Source of the DNA: an uncultured Thermoleophilaceae bacterium
GTDB taxonomy: Bacteria > Actinomycetota > Thermoleophilia > Solirubrobacterales > Thermoleophilaceae
Assembly (NCBI GenBank): GCA_963803245.1
Contig: CAWDLI010000016.1
Span: 149,577 to 213,576 of the forward strand
Reading direction: 5' to 3'
DNA length: 64,000 bases
Made by a program: the position numbers and the translations under genes. The notes under the pieces were generated by a model. That model was not told the DNA's origin and ran no database searches. It worked only from the letters and a program-made list of their open reading frames with translations. Below are positions 9,768 to 18,622 of the stretch, in pieces (position 1 is the stretch's first letter; the number at the start of each line of letters is the position of its first letter).

Positions 9768-10195
9768 TCCTCCGCTACCGGCGGCTGGCCCGCGAGGCGA
9801 AACCGCCCTCGCGCGCGCACGACGGCGACGCCGGCTTCGACCTCCACGCGGTGGAGCCGGCCTCGATCGAGCCCGGACGCAGAGCCAGCGTGGGCACCGG
9901 CGTGGCGGTTGCGATCCCGGATGGCTACGCGGGGCTCGTGGTCCCGCGCTCGGGCCTGGCCGCGCGCCACGGGATCTCGGTCGTGAACGCCCCCGGGCTG
10001 ATCGACGCGGGGTACAGGGGCGAGCTGCGGGTGCTGCTCATGAACGGGGATCCCGACCAGACCTTCGACGTCGCGCCGGGGGACCGCATCGCCCAGCTGG
10101 TGCTGGTGGCGGTGGAGAGCCCGGAGCTCGAGGAAGTGGCCGAGCTCGACCTCACGGTTCGCGGCGAGGGCGGCTTCGGCTCGACCGGTCGCTGA
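9764..10195 (+). CDS. dut: dUTP diphosphatase
   Basis: dUTPase motifs [25 protein letters not shown] and [14 protein letters not shown] overlap with hflX. Confidence 0.9.
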   Translation: MILRYRRLAREAKPPSRAHDGDAGFDLHAVEPASIEPGRRASVGTGVAVAIPDGYAGLVVPRSGLAARHGISVVNAPGLIDAGYRGELRVLLMNGDPDQTFDVAPGDRIAQLVLVAVESPELEEVAELDLTVRGEGGFGSTGR

Positions 10196-10236
10196 AAAGC
10201 GTCTCTGGAGCCTGAAACGGGGCCGCGAAGGACCTC

Positions 10237-12021
10237 GTGAGAGGCGTTCAGGCCTCTGGACGAATTGCCGATAGAAGGTTCATGAGCGAAGTCCAGGCCG
10301 CCCCCGCGGAAGCACCCTCCGTGCCCGGACTGATCCCACCGACCGAGCGCACAGGTGCAAAGCGGCGGATCGGTGACGTGATAGTCCAGCTCGGCTACAC
10401 CGACCGCGAGGTGGTCGAAGCCTCCGTCGACAACGCGCGCGAGCGCGGGCTGCCCCTGGGGCAGGCCCTGATCGCCGACGGCGTGGTCAACTCGAGCCAG
10501 CTGGCCCGGGCGCTCGCCGAGCGCAACGGGCTCGACTACGTCGACCTGAACGAGTTCGAGGTCGATCACGGCGCCGCTCACCTGGTGGACCCGGCGAAGG
10601 CTCGCCGCAGCCGCACGATCCCGATCGCCTTCGCGGGCGACCGCACGCTGCTCGTGGCCACGGCCGACCCGGCGAACGTGGTGGCGCTCGACGACATCCA
10701 GATGGCCACCGGCTACGAGGTCCGGCGGGCTGTTGCCTCGTCCGAGGACATCGAGTCCGTGATCGGGCAGCTCTCGCGGCTCGACGAGTCCGTGCAGGAG
10801 ATGGACCAGGTCGAGGAGGAGGACCCCGCTCAGGTCATCGAGTTGCGTGAGTCCGCCGACGACGCGCCGGTGGTGAAGCTCGTGCACACGGTGATCGCCG
10901 ACGCCGTGACCCGCGGCGCCTCCGACATCCACTTCGAGCCGCGGCAGGGCGACATGCGCGTGCGCTTCCGGATCGACGGCGTGGTCTCCGACTCCACGAC
11001 GGTCCCGCGCCAGCTCGTGCCGGGCCTCGTCTCACGCGTCAAGATCATGTCCGACCTCAACATCGCCGAGCGCCGCGCGCCGCAGGACGGGCGCGTGGGC
11101 CTCACCGTCGACGGGCGCCGGATCGACCTGCGCGTGGCCACGCTGCCGGTGATGCGCGGCGAGGCGGTGGTCATGCGAATCCTGGACGCCGGCCAGAGCA
11201 TGACCACGATCGACACGCTCGGCATGGGGGCGCACGACCGCACGCTCTTCGAGAAGGCGCTTCTCGGCAAGACCCACGGCGCGATCCTCGTGACCGGTCC
11301 CACCGGCTCGGGAAAGACGACCACGCTCTACGCCGGGCTGGGCGCGCTCAACACGCCGGACAAGACGATCGTGACGATCGAGGACCCCGTGGAGTACGAG
11401 CTGGAGGGCATCAAGCAGGTGCAGGTCAACACGAAGGCGGGACTCAGCTTCCCCGCCGGCCTGCGCTCCATGGTCCGAGCCGACCCCGACGTGATCATGG
11501 TCGGCGAGATCCGCGACCTCGAGACCGCTCAGATCGCGATCGAGTCCGCCCTGACCGGACACCTCGTGCTCAGCACCCTGCATACGAACGACGCCCCGAT
11601 GGCCGCGGCCCGGCTGATCGAGATGGGCATCGAGCCCTTCCTCGTGGCCTCGGGCCTCGAATGCGTGGTCGCTCAGCGGCTGGTGCGCCGCCTCTGCGAC
11701 TGCAAGGTGCCGGTCGAGCTCAGCAAGCAGGCGCTGGAGATGAACGGATTCGACGCCAAGGACGCGCCTCTCAAGGCATTCGAGCCCGGCAAGTGCGTGC
11801 GCTGCGGCGGCACGGGCTACAAGGGCCGCATCGGCGTCTACCAGGTGATGCGCGTGACCGACCCGGTGCGCAACCTGATCCTGGAGAAGGGCGCCCCCGA
11901 GGCGATCACCGACGTCGCCCGCGCCGAGGGAATGGGCACGCTGCGCGACGACGGCTTCGCGAAGGTCCGCGACGGCGTGACCTCCGTGGCGGAGATCCTC
12001 CGCGTAGCCGGCTCCGTCTGA
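10237..12021 (+). CDS. GspE/PilB-family secretion or pilus assembly ATPase
   Basis: T2SSE N-domain, Walker A GPTGSGKTTT, Walker B IMVGEIRD, His box LSTLHTNDA and a tetracysteine motif. The start may be MSEVQ at 10282. No pilC or pilT is nearby. Confidence 0.85.
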   Translation: MRGVQASGRIADRRFMSEVQAAPAEAPSVPGLIPPTERTGAKRRIGDVIVQLGYTDREVVEASVDNARERGLPLGQALIADGVVNSSQLARALAERNGLDYVDLNEFEVDHGAAHLVDPAKARRSRTIPIAFAGDRTLLVATADPANVVALDDIQMATGYEVRRAVASSEDIESVIGQLSRLDESVQEMDQVEEEDPAQVIELRESADDAPVVKLVHTVIADAVTRGASDIHFEPRQGDMRVRFRIDGVVSDSTTVPRQLVPGLVSRVKIMSDLNIAERRAPQDGRVGLTVDGRRIDLRVATLPVMRGEAVVMRILDAGQSMTTIDTLGMGAHDRTLFEKALLGKTHGAILVTGPTGSGKTTTLYAGLGALNTPDKTIVTIEDPVEYELEGIKQVQVNTKAGLSFPAGLRSMVRADPDVIMVGEIRDLETAQIAIESALTGHLVLSTLHTNDAPMAAARLIEMGIEPFLVASGLECVVAQRLVRRLCDCKVPVELSKQALEMNGFDAKDAPLKAFEPGKCVRCGGTGYKGRIGVYQVMRVTDPVRNLILEKGAPEAITDVARAEGMGTLRDDGFAKVRDGVTSVAEILRVAGSV

Positions 12022-12033
12022 CGACATCGGGGC

Positions 12034-12058
12034 GCAGCCGGCCGAGCCGGCTGCTTCC
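12034..12058. terminator. Hairpin between convergent pilB-like and gatD genes
   Basis: 9-bp stem gcagccggc / gccggctgc with loop cga, followed by ttcc. It sits in the 49-nt convergent spacer. Confidence 0.4.
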
Positions 12059-12070
12059 GCCAGGGCACGT

Positions 12071-12799
12071 CTAGGTCACGCCGGCTGCGCGACGCGCGGC
12101 CATGTGGGCGGCGTCCTCGAGCGCGTCGTCGGGCAGGGGGTCCAGCTCGATCCCGAGCGCCAGCTCGATCAGGCGGTCGGCCAGCCACACGTTCTTCGGC
12201 AGCAGCGGCCCGTGGAGGTAGGTGCCGATCACGTTGCCGCGCCGGACCCCCTCCTGTCCGTCGCCCCCGTTGTTGCCGTGGCCGGCCAGGACACGTCCGA
12301 GCGGGCGCTCACCCGACTCGAGGTACGTGCGCCCCCCGTGGTTCTCGAAGCCGGCGATCACGCGTGGCCCGTCGCCGAAGTCCACCTCGATGGCGCAGTT
12401 CCCGATCAGGCGCTCGCCCGGCTCCCGGACGGTGTGGAGGTTCACCAGTCCGACTCCCGGCAGCTTCTGGTCCCCGAGCTGGTAGGAGTGCCCGAGCAGC
12501 TGGTAGCCGCCGCACACCGCCAGCACCACCTTCTCGCGCTCGGCGGCCGCGTGGAGCGCCTCGCTCTTGGTCTCCGCCATGTCCGCGGCCACGGCGATCT
12601 GGTCGCGATCCTGTCCGCCACCGAGGTAGAAGAGATCGTGCGCGGCCGGGTCGAGCGAGTCCCGCAGCGAAGCCGAGCTCAGCTCGAAGCCCAGGCCGCG
12701 CCACTCGCAGCGCGCCCTCAGCACCGCGATGTTCCCGCGGTCGGCGTAGATGTTCATCAGCTCGGGGTAGAGCGCGCACACGCGCAGCCGGGCGTTCAC
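12071..12799 (-). CDS. gatD: Lipid II isoglutaminyl synthase, glutaminase subunit GatD (CobQ-like GATase)
   Basis: YPELMNIYADRGN, catalytic Cys in AVCGGYQLLG and His in YLHGPLL. GTG 12799 overlaps the upstream stop (GTGA). Confidence 0.85.
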   Translation of the reverse strand: MNARLRVCALYPELMNIYADRGNIAVLRARCEWRGLGFELSSASLRDSLDPAAHDLFYLGGGQDRDQIAVAADMAETKSEALHAAAEREKVVLAVCGGYQLLGHSYQLGDQKLPGVGLVNLHTVREPGERLIGNCAIEVDFGDGPRVIAGFENHGGRTYLESGERPLGRVLAGHGNNGGDGQEGVRRGNVIGTYLHGPLLPKNVWLADRLIELALGIELDPLPDDALEDAAHMAARRAAGVT

Positions 12800-13527
12800 G
12801 CCGGGGCCTCCACGATGACCACCGTGCTGCCCACGTAGTCGCTCGTGGCCGGCACCTGGCGGCGCCCGGCCGGCACGAGCCCTGCCTCGGCGGCCTCGCG
12901 CTCGAGCTCGTCCGCGCTCACCGACTCGAGCACCACCGTGTTCATCTCCTCGGTCAGCTCGCCGGTGGGGGACACGAGCTGGCGCAGGCGGTCCACCGCC
13001 ACGCCGCGTGACTCCTCCCGCACGTCCACTGGCCGGCTCGAGAGCACCCAGCCCTCGACCTCGGCCACGTCGGGAAGCGGCGGCAGGGCGTCGGCGGGTG
13101 GAACGGTCTCGAACGGGTCGGCCAGCGCGGCCCCGAAGCGCGCGCCCGGACCGAGGTGCTCGCGCACGCGCGCCATCAGAGCCAGTCGTCCCGGGCGCCC
13201 GCCGAGCAGTTGCACCACCTGCATGGCGGCGAGCGCGAAGCCGAACCGGCGGCCCAGGGCCAGCGACCGCGCGTCGGCGGCCATGCTGTCCACTCGCAGG
13301 CCACGCTCCCGGGCGCGTCGCGCGAGCTCGGCCACCAGCTCGGCGTCGGCGTCCACCGCGGTCACCTCGTGACCGCGCTCCGCCAGGTCGAGGGCCACCC
13401 GGCCGGTGCCGCAGCCGATGTCGAGCACCGGTCCCGGGGCGGCTCCGGCGAGCTCGCGCCAGAGGCCGAGGTCGGCGGCGTAGGCGGCGCACTCCACGTC
13501 GTGCCACGCGACCGCCGTGGACCTCAC
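12796..13527 (-). CDS. Class I SAM-dependent methyltransferase
   Basis: Motif I VLDIGCGTGRVALDLAERGHEVTAVD. 243 aa. GTGA overlaps with murT upstream and gatD downstream. Confidence 0.75.
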   Translation of the reverse strand: MRSTAVAWHDVECAAYAADLGLWRELAGAAPGPVLDIGCGTGRVALDLAERGHEVTAVDADAELVAELARRARERGLRVDSMAADARSLALGRRFGFALAAMQVVQLLGGRPGRLALMARVREHLGPGARFGAALADPFETVPPADALPPLPDVAEVEGWVLSSRPVDVREESRGVAVDRLRQLVSPTGELTEEMNTVVLESVSADELEREAAEAGLVPAGRRQVPATSDYVGSTVVIVEAPA

Positions 13528-14879
13528 GCCGACCACCTGGCCACGAGCCCGCGCCGGGACAGCAGGTCGCGCAGCTCGAGGAGGGCCGTGTACGTGGGCA
13601 GGGCGTACAGCCGCGAGCCCACGGCCAGGTCGAGCGCCGTGTCCAGCGAGTCGCCGAGGTCGCGCTCCACGGCGATCTCGGTGTCCAGCTCCGCATACTT
13701 GAGCCGCACCGCCATCTCCTCGGCGCGCGTGCCCGAGCACGTGATCCGGCGGACGCGGCCGCGGAGCAGCTCGAAGTCGGCGTCCCAGATCCAGGACACG
13801 TCGCGGCCGTCGGCGATCCGGTCGTTGAGGGCGATCCAGAGGTCCAGCGAGTCGTCCTCGAGCGTGAGCGTTCGCAGCACCTCGTTGGCCCCCGCCGGGT
13901 TCTTGATCAGGAGGATGGACAGCTCCCGTCCGCCGATGGCGATCGTCTCCACGCGCCCGAACGCGCCGCTGAACGACTCGAGCGCCTGGCCCGCCGTCGC
14001 AAGTGGCACGCCCAGCTCGAGCGCGGTGGCCACGGCCGCGACGGCGTTGTAGACGTTGTAGAGCCCGGGCGCCGGGAGGCGCAGCGAGAGCTCGCCGCTC
14101 GGAGTGCGCAGCTCGATCCGGGAGCCCGACATGCCCTCGAGCTCAACGCGCGTGGCGGCCACCTGGGGGCGCGGGCGCTCGCGCCCGCAGCCCGGGCAGC
14201 GGTAGCGGCCCAGATGTCCCAGGTAGACGGCGTCGTAGATGTAGGCGGTGCCGCAGTTGCGGCAATGCTTCGAGTCGGCGGCGTGCTGCAGCTCGGGGAG
14301 CGCCTGGCCGTCGTCCTCCAGGCCGAAGTAGGTCACTCCCTCGCGGTCGCGGCCAAGGTCGGCCACGAGCGGGTCGTCGGCGTTGAGCACGAGCGCCCGC
14401 GGCGCGTCCGCGCCGGCCAGCAGATCCGCCCAGCGGTCGGCGAGCGACTCGAGCTCGCCGTAGCGGTCGAGCTGATCGCGGAAGAGGTTGGCCAGCAGCA
14501 GCAGTCGCGGACGCAGCTCATGCGCCACGGCGGGCAGCCAGGCCTCGTCGACCTCGAACAGCCCGATCTGCCCGCGCGTGCGCCCGGCGTCGAGCAGCGC
14601 CGTGGCCACTCCCCACGACATGTTCGAGCCGGCCCGGTTGTGCACCACCGGACGGCCGCCGCTGTCGAGGGCCGCGGCCACCATCGCGGCCGTGGTGGTC
14701 TTGCCGTTCGTGGCAGAGATGAGCACGGACCCCTCGTCGAGCCCGGTGGCCATCCGGCGCAGCGCGCGCGGCGACAGGGCGAGCAGCAGGCGCCCGGGCG
14801 CCGTCGTGCCACCACTGCGTCCGAGCCTACGGCTCACGGCCCGCAGGAGGCGGGCCAGGGCGCGTGCCGGGCCGTGCAT
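13524..14879 (-). CDS. murT: Lipid II isoglutaminyl synthase, Mur-ligase subunit MurT
   Basis: Mur-ligase P-loop ATNGKTTTAAM, MurT-type Cys4 ribbon CRNCG...CPGCG and a DUF1727-like C-terminus. Confidence 0.85.
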   Translation of the reverse strand: MHGPARALARLLRAVSRRLGRSGGTTAPGRLLLALSPRALRRMATGLDEGSVLISATNGKTTTAAMVAAALDSGGRPVVHNRAGSNMSWGVATALLDAGRTRGQIGLFEVDEAWLPAVAHELRPRLLLLANLFRDQLDRYGELESLADRWADLLAGADAPRALVLNADDPLVADLGRDREGVTYFGLEDDGQALPELQHAADSKHCRNCGTAYIYDAVYLGHLGRYRCPGCGRERPRPQVAATRVELEGMSGSRIELRTPSGELSLRLPAPGLYNVYNAVAAVATALELGVPLATAGQALESFSGAFGRVETIAIGGRELSILLIKNPAGANEVLRTLTLEDDSLDLWIALNDRIADGRDVSWIWDADFELLRGRVRRITCSGTRAEEMAVRLKYAELDTEIAVERDLGDSLDTALDLAVGSRLYALPTYTALLELRDLLSRRGLVARWSA

Positions 14880-15763
14880 CAGGACGTGGCCGGCGGGACG
14901 ATCACCCGCAGGCAGCGCGGCTCCACGGTCACGGTGGCCGGGGTGGTGCCGATCGGGTCTCCGTCGGCGTAGATCACGAATGGCCGGTCCGAGCTCAGCT
15001 CGACCACCCGGCCGCGGAGCACGTGCGCGTGCGGCGAGTCCAGGTGCGTGCCCTTGAAGACCTTGGGGAGACCGCGCAGGAACTCGAGCTTGGAGCTGTC
15101 CTCCGACATGAATATGTCCAGCTCGCCGTCGTCGAGCTGGGCGTGGGGGAGGAGGTACATGCCGCCGCCGTAGGCGCCCGAGTTACCCACCGCGACCGAG
15201 TAGCCGGTCAGCTCGTGCGGCTCCCCGTCCACGGTGACGCTGAACCGCGCCGGCTTCCAGGCGATCAGCGCCCTCAGCGCCGCGTACGCGTACACGGCGT
15301 CGCCCTTCACGAAACGGGCCTCGTTCGCGATCCGGTTGGCATCGGTGTCGAACCCGAAGCTCGCGATGCCGAGGAACGGCGTCCCGTCCACGCTGGCCAC
15401 GTCCAGCAGCCGCTCGCGTCCGTTCACGGCGGTCTCCACCGCCTCACGCGCGTCCCTCGAGATGCCGAGCACCCGAGCCAGGTCGTTTCCGCGCCCGAGC
15501 GGGACCAGGGCCAGCGCCGTGTCGCGGCCCTTCAGGGCGCCCGCGAGCGGGCGCAGCAGCCCGTCGCCGCCCAGCGCCGCCACCGTCTCGCCCTGCTCGC
15601 AGGCCCGCAGCGCCTCCTCGCCGGCGTGCTCCACGCTCCGTGTGGTGACAGTGCGATGAGTCGCGCCAAGGCGGTCGAATGCCTCGATCACGTCGGGAAG
15701 GGCCTTGAGCGCCCGGCCCCCGGCCGAGGCCGGGTTCACGAGCAGCGCGAAGCGGCGGCTCAC
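14879..15763 (-). CDS. Diacylglycerol-kinase-fold lipid kinase (YegS/BmrU-like)
   Basis: LLVNPASAGG, GGDGLL and PLGRGNDLAR motifs. GTG 15763 overlaps the upstream stop. Its own stop shares 1 nt with the murT ATG. Confidence 0.8.
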   Translation of the reverse strand: MSRRFALLVNPASAGGRALKALPDVIEAFDRLGATHRTVTTRSVEHAGEEALRACEQGETVAALGGDGLLRPLAGALKGRDTALALVPLGRGNDLARVLGISRDAREAVETAVNGRERLLDVASVDGTPFLGIASFGFDTDANRIANEARFVKGDAVYAYAALRALIAWKPARFSVTVDGEPHELTGYSVAVGNSGAYGGGMYLLPHAQLDDGELDIFMSEDSSKLEFLRGLPKVFKGTHLDSPHAHVLRGRVVELSSDRPFVIYADGDPIGTTPATVTVEPRCLRVIVPPATS

Positions 15764-16578
15764 TCGGCCGCCGCTGCGGCGGTCCGGGCCGCTCGCTCCG
15801 CGGCCATGGCGCCGCGCTCGGCGCCGCGCAGATGGGCTCCGGCCTCGAGCTTCTGGATGTCGGCGCTGTCCGCCACCCGATCGCCGACGAGCCGCTCGGC
15901 GTGCGGCTCCTCCACGTCGTCGGGGTCGAGCACGAGCAGCACGTCCTGCTGCACGGAGTGCCACGGCTCGTCGGTCACGCACTCGGAGGCCACCAGGAGG
16001 CGTCCCGGCTCGGCGCGCCAGTGGAGCTCGAAGATTCCGAGGCGATAGGCGTACAGCCGCTCGCCGTCCGAGAACAGGAAGTTCAGGCCCGAGAACGGCG
16101 AGCGCTCGACGGTGGTGGTCACCGCTCGTCGCAGGGACGCCACGGGATCCCCCGGGTCGTAGTCCCGCATCATGAAGTTGAAGAAGTGCTCCGAATCGGT
16201 GTCGCCGCGCGCGTGGGGCACCCCGGGCTCGACGAGCCGCGGGTAGCGCATGATCGTCCCGTTGTGGCAGTACGAGTAGTTGCCGAGCACGAACGGATGC
16301 GTGTTCTCGAGCGAGAGCCCGCCCATCGTGGCGCGACGGACGTGCACGTTGAAGATCCGGCCGCGGGTCTCGGTGGAGGCGAGGAACTCGTCGTCCTCGA
16401 AGGCTGCCTGGGGGAAGCGGATCAGCCCGGGGTCCGCCCCGTCGGTGCGCGCGTAGACGGCCATGCCCCATCCGGAGTCGTGCTCCTCGGACTGGCGGAT
16501 CATCGGGTTCTCCGCCTCGAGCAGCTCGTGCCGGATCGAGACGGGCTCCGCGGCTACGCAGCCGAATACGCGGCACAT
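15760..16578 (-). CDS. Class II (Ntn) glutamine amidotransferase, stand-alone (YafJ-like)
   Basis: Starts MCRVFGC (nucleophile Cys2) and has GWGMA and HVRRAT..G...NTHPF motifs. No synthetase domain is attached. Confidence 0.8.
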   Translation of the reverse strand: MCRVFGCVAAEPVSIRHELLEAENPMIRQSEEHDSGWGMAVYARTDGADPGLIRFPQAAFEDDEFLASTETRGRIFNVHVRRATMGGLSLENTHPFVLGNYSYCHNGTIMRYPRLVEPGVPHARGDTDSEHFFNFMMRDYDPGDPVASLRRAVTTTVERSPFSGLNFLFSDGERLYAYRLGIFELHWRAEPGRLLVASECVTDEPWHSVQQDVLLVLDPDDVEEPHAERLVGDRVADSADIQKLEAGAHLRGAERGAMAAERAARTAAAAAE

Positions 16579-16647
16579 GCGGGGAGATCCTACCGGGGCG
16601 AACCGCGGCCCCCGGCGCCTTTCACCTCCAACCGAACGGGAGGCGAG

Positions 16648-17139
16648 ATGGTGGAGCCGCGACGGATCTGGTGGGCGCGCCCGCGCAAGCTGTGCGGGCT
16701 GGAGCGACCGGGGGGAGGGGGGAGGAGCCATCGCCCGGAACGGCGCGACGGTGAGATCGAGTACCTGAAGGCCAAAGGCGTACGCCTCGTGGTGTCGGTC
16801 ATGCGCACGCGGCACAACCTTGCGGCCTACGAGGCGGCCGGCCTCGAGTGGCTCCACGTCCCCGTGGCCGCCCCGGGGGATGGGCCGGCGGCCCTGGAGG
16901 AGCTGCTGGCGTTCCTGCGGCGTGAACTGCGGAAGCGCGGAGCGGTGGCTCTGCACGGCGACCGTCGCACGGCGTTCGTCTCCGCGCTCTGCGCGGCTCA
17001 CCTGCACGAGTCGCGCGGCGCGGATCCCGCCGCGGCGCTGGCGGAGGCGGCCGAGGCGGGCCTCGAGACCGGGCCCGAGGCGTGCGAGCTCGTGGGCGTC
17101 CGGCCGGCCGAGCTGGAGCGCCTGCTCAGCGCAGGATGA
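16648..17139 (+). CDS. Dual-specificity-phosphatase-fold protein with degenerate P-loop
   Basis: ATG 16648. The layout (GVRLVVSV, LEWLHVPV, GDGP) is DSP-like, but the HCx5R position reads HGDRRTAF. Confidence 0.5.
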   Translation: MVEPRRIWWARPRKLCGLERPGGGGRSHRPERRDGEIEYLKAKGVRLVVSVMRTRHNLAAYEAAGLEWLHVPVAAPGDGPAALEELLAFLRRELRKRGAVALHGDRRTAFVSALCAAHLHESRGADPAAALAEAAEAGLETGPEACELVGVRPAELERLLSAG

Positions 17140-17920
17140 GCGCCGCGAGCGTCTCGGCCACGGCCACGGGCGGAGGATCCGCGCCGTCCGCGTCGCTCGT
17201 CGTCTGGCCGCCGGTCATCACGAGCGCCGCATCCAGCTCGGCGTCGGCGGCGGCAGCCAGGTCGGAGTCCACGCGGTCACCCACGACGAGCGTCCTGCCC
17301 TCGCCCAGCCGGTCGAGTGCGGTGAGCAGCAGCTGGGGGTTCGGCTTCCCCACGATCTCGGCCTTGCTCTCGCTCGCCACCTCCACCGCGGCGAGCAGCG
17401 CACCGGTGCCGGGCCACATGCCGTCGGGCTGTGGGTACGTGGGATCCCGCCCGGTCGCGATGAAGTCGGCTCCGCGGCGCACGGCCAGGCTCGCGTTGCG
17501 CAGGTCGTCGTAGACGAAGTCCTCGGTCCCCGCGATCACCACGACCTCCGCCCGCGACGCGAGGTCGGTCCCGTTGAGCAGGCGCAGACCTGCGTCGGCC
17601 ACGTGCTTCTTGAGCGCGGGGGTGCCGATCACGAAGGCGGTCCGCCCCGACCTCGTGTCGGCGAGGAGGTGCTGCGCGGCTCCCCCGACGGTCACCACGT
17701 CTCGGACCGATGCCTGCACCCCGATCCCCCAGAGACGGGTCACGTAGTCCTCGGTGGCCGCGCGCGGATCGTTGGTGGCGAAGGCCACCCGCTTGCCCGC
17801 GTCGCGGAGCGCCTGCAGCGCCTCCTTGACGCGCGGCGTGGGCTCGTCGCCGACCCAGACGCAGCCGTCCAGATCGAGGATGAACTGGTCGTAGGCGGCG
17901 GCTAGGGGGCTGAGGGGCAC
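17126..17920 (-). CDS. HAD-IIA family hydrolase (NagD-like)
   Basis: FILDLDGCVW (DxD), ATND motif and C-terminal GDRVDSD. Confidence 0.8.
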   Translation of the reverse strand: MPLSPLAAAYDQFILDLDGCVWVGDEPTPRVKEALQALRDAGKRVAFATNDPRAATEDYVTRLWGIGVQASVRDVVTVGGAAQHLLADTRSGRTAFVIGTPALKKHVADAGLRLLNGTDLASRAEVVVIAGTEDFVYDDLRNASLAVRRGADFIATGRDPTYPQPDGMWPGTGALLAAVEVASESKAEIVGKPNPQLLLTALDRLGEGRTLVVGDRVDSDLAAAADAELDAALVMTGGQTTSDADGADPPPVAVAETLAALILR

Positions 17921-17938
17921 GTCGCTAGCCTACGGCCG

Positions 17939-18622
17939 ATGCGGCGCCTGCTCCCGACGGCCCTCTGCGTCCTGGCGCTCGTGGCGGTCGCCTGCGGCGA
18001 CGACGACTCCGAGGACACGGCCTCCACGGCGCCGGCCAAGACGGAGGCCCAGGCGGCCGGCGGCTGCCCGGACGTGGAGCAGCCGGCCCCCCGCGAGGAC
18101 GGCGGCGCGTCCCGTCCGACGGCGAAGCTCGACCCGGACAAGCGCTACGACCTGATCCTCGACACGAGCTGCGGGAAGATCGACGTTCGCCTCGACCAGC
18201 GCACCTCGCCGCGCACCGCGGCGTCGGTGGCGGGGCTCGCGCGGTCGGGCTTCTACGACGGCACCGTGTTCCACAGGATCGTCCCCGACTTCGTCATCCA
18301 GGGCGGCGACCCGACGGGGAGCGGCATGGGCGGCCCCGGCTACAGCACGAGAGACAAGCCGCGGGCAGATACGACCTACTTGAAGGGAACGGTGGCCATG
18401 GCGAAGACAGAGGCCGAGCCGGCGGGCACCTCGGGGAGCCAGTTCTACATCGTCACGGGGGCCGACGCGGGCCTGCCGCCCGATTACGCCGTGCTCGGCA
18501 AGGTCGTCGGCGGTCTCGACGTGGCGGAGAAGATCGGGAGGCTCGGCGATCCCGCCAGCGGCGGCGCCGGCACGCCTCTGCAGCCCGTGGTCATCGAGAA
18601 GGCGAGCATCCGTGGCGACTGA
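17939..18622 (+). CDS. Cyclophilin-type peptidyl-prolyl isomerase lipoprotein
   Basis: Lipobox LVAVAC. Cyclophilin core FHRIVPDFVIQGGDPTGSGMGGPGY. Confidence 0.9.
   Translation: MRRLLPTALCVLALVAVACGDDDSEDTASTAPAKTEAQAAGGCPDVEQPAPREDGGASRPTAKLDPDKRYDLILDTSCGKIDVRLDQRTSPRTAASVAGLARSGFYDGTVFHRIVPDFVIQGGDPTGSGMGGPGYSTRDKPRADTTYLKGTVAMAKTEAEPAGTSGSQFYIVTGADAGLPPDYAVLGKVVGGLDVAEKIGRLGDPASGGAGTPLQPVVIEKASIRGD

Noticed and set aside
13008-14972. 654-aa plus-strand ORF opposite murT. Similar long shadow ORFs exist at 6049..7551, 8424..9647, 49894..51876, 52586..53797, 53864..56080 and 55680..57137.
   Set aside because: Each lies antisense to a gene with clear family motifs. Their composition is dominated by R, A, G and P. 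There is no independent evidence of coding.
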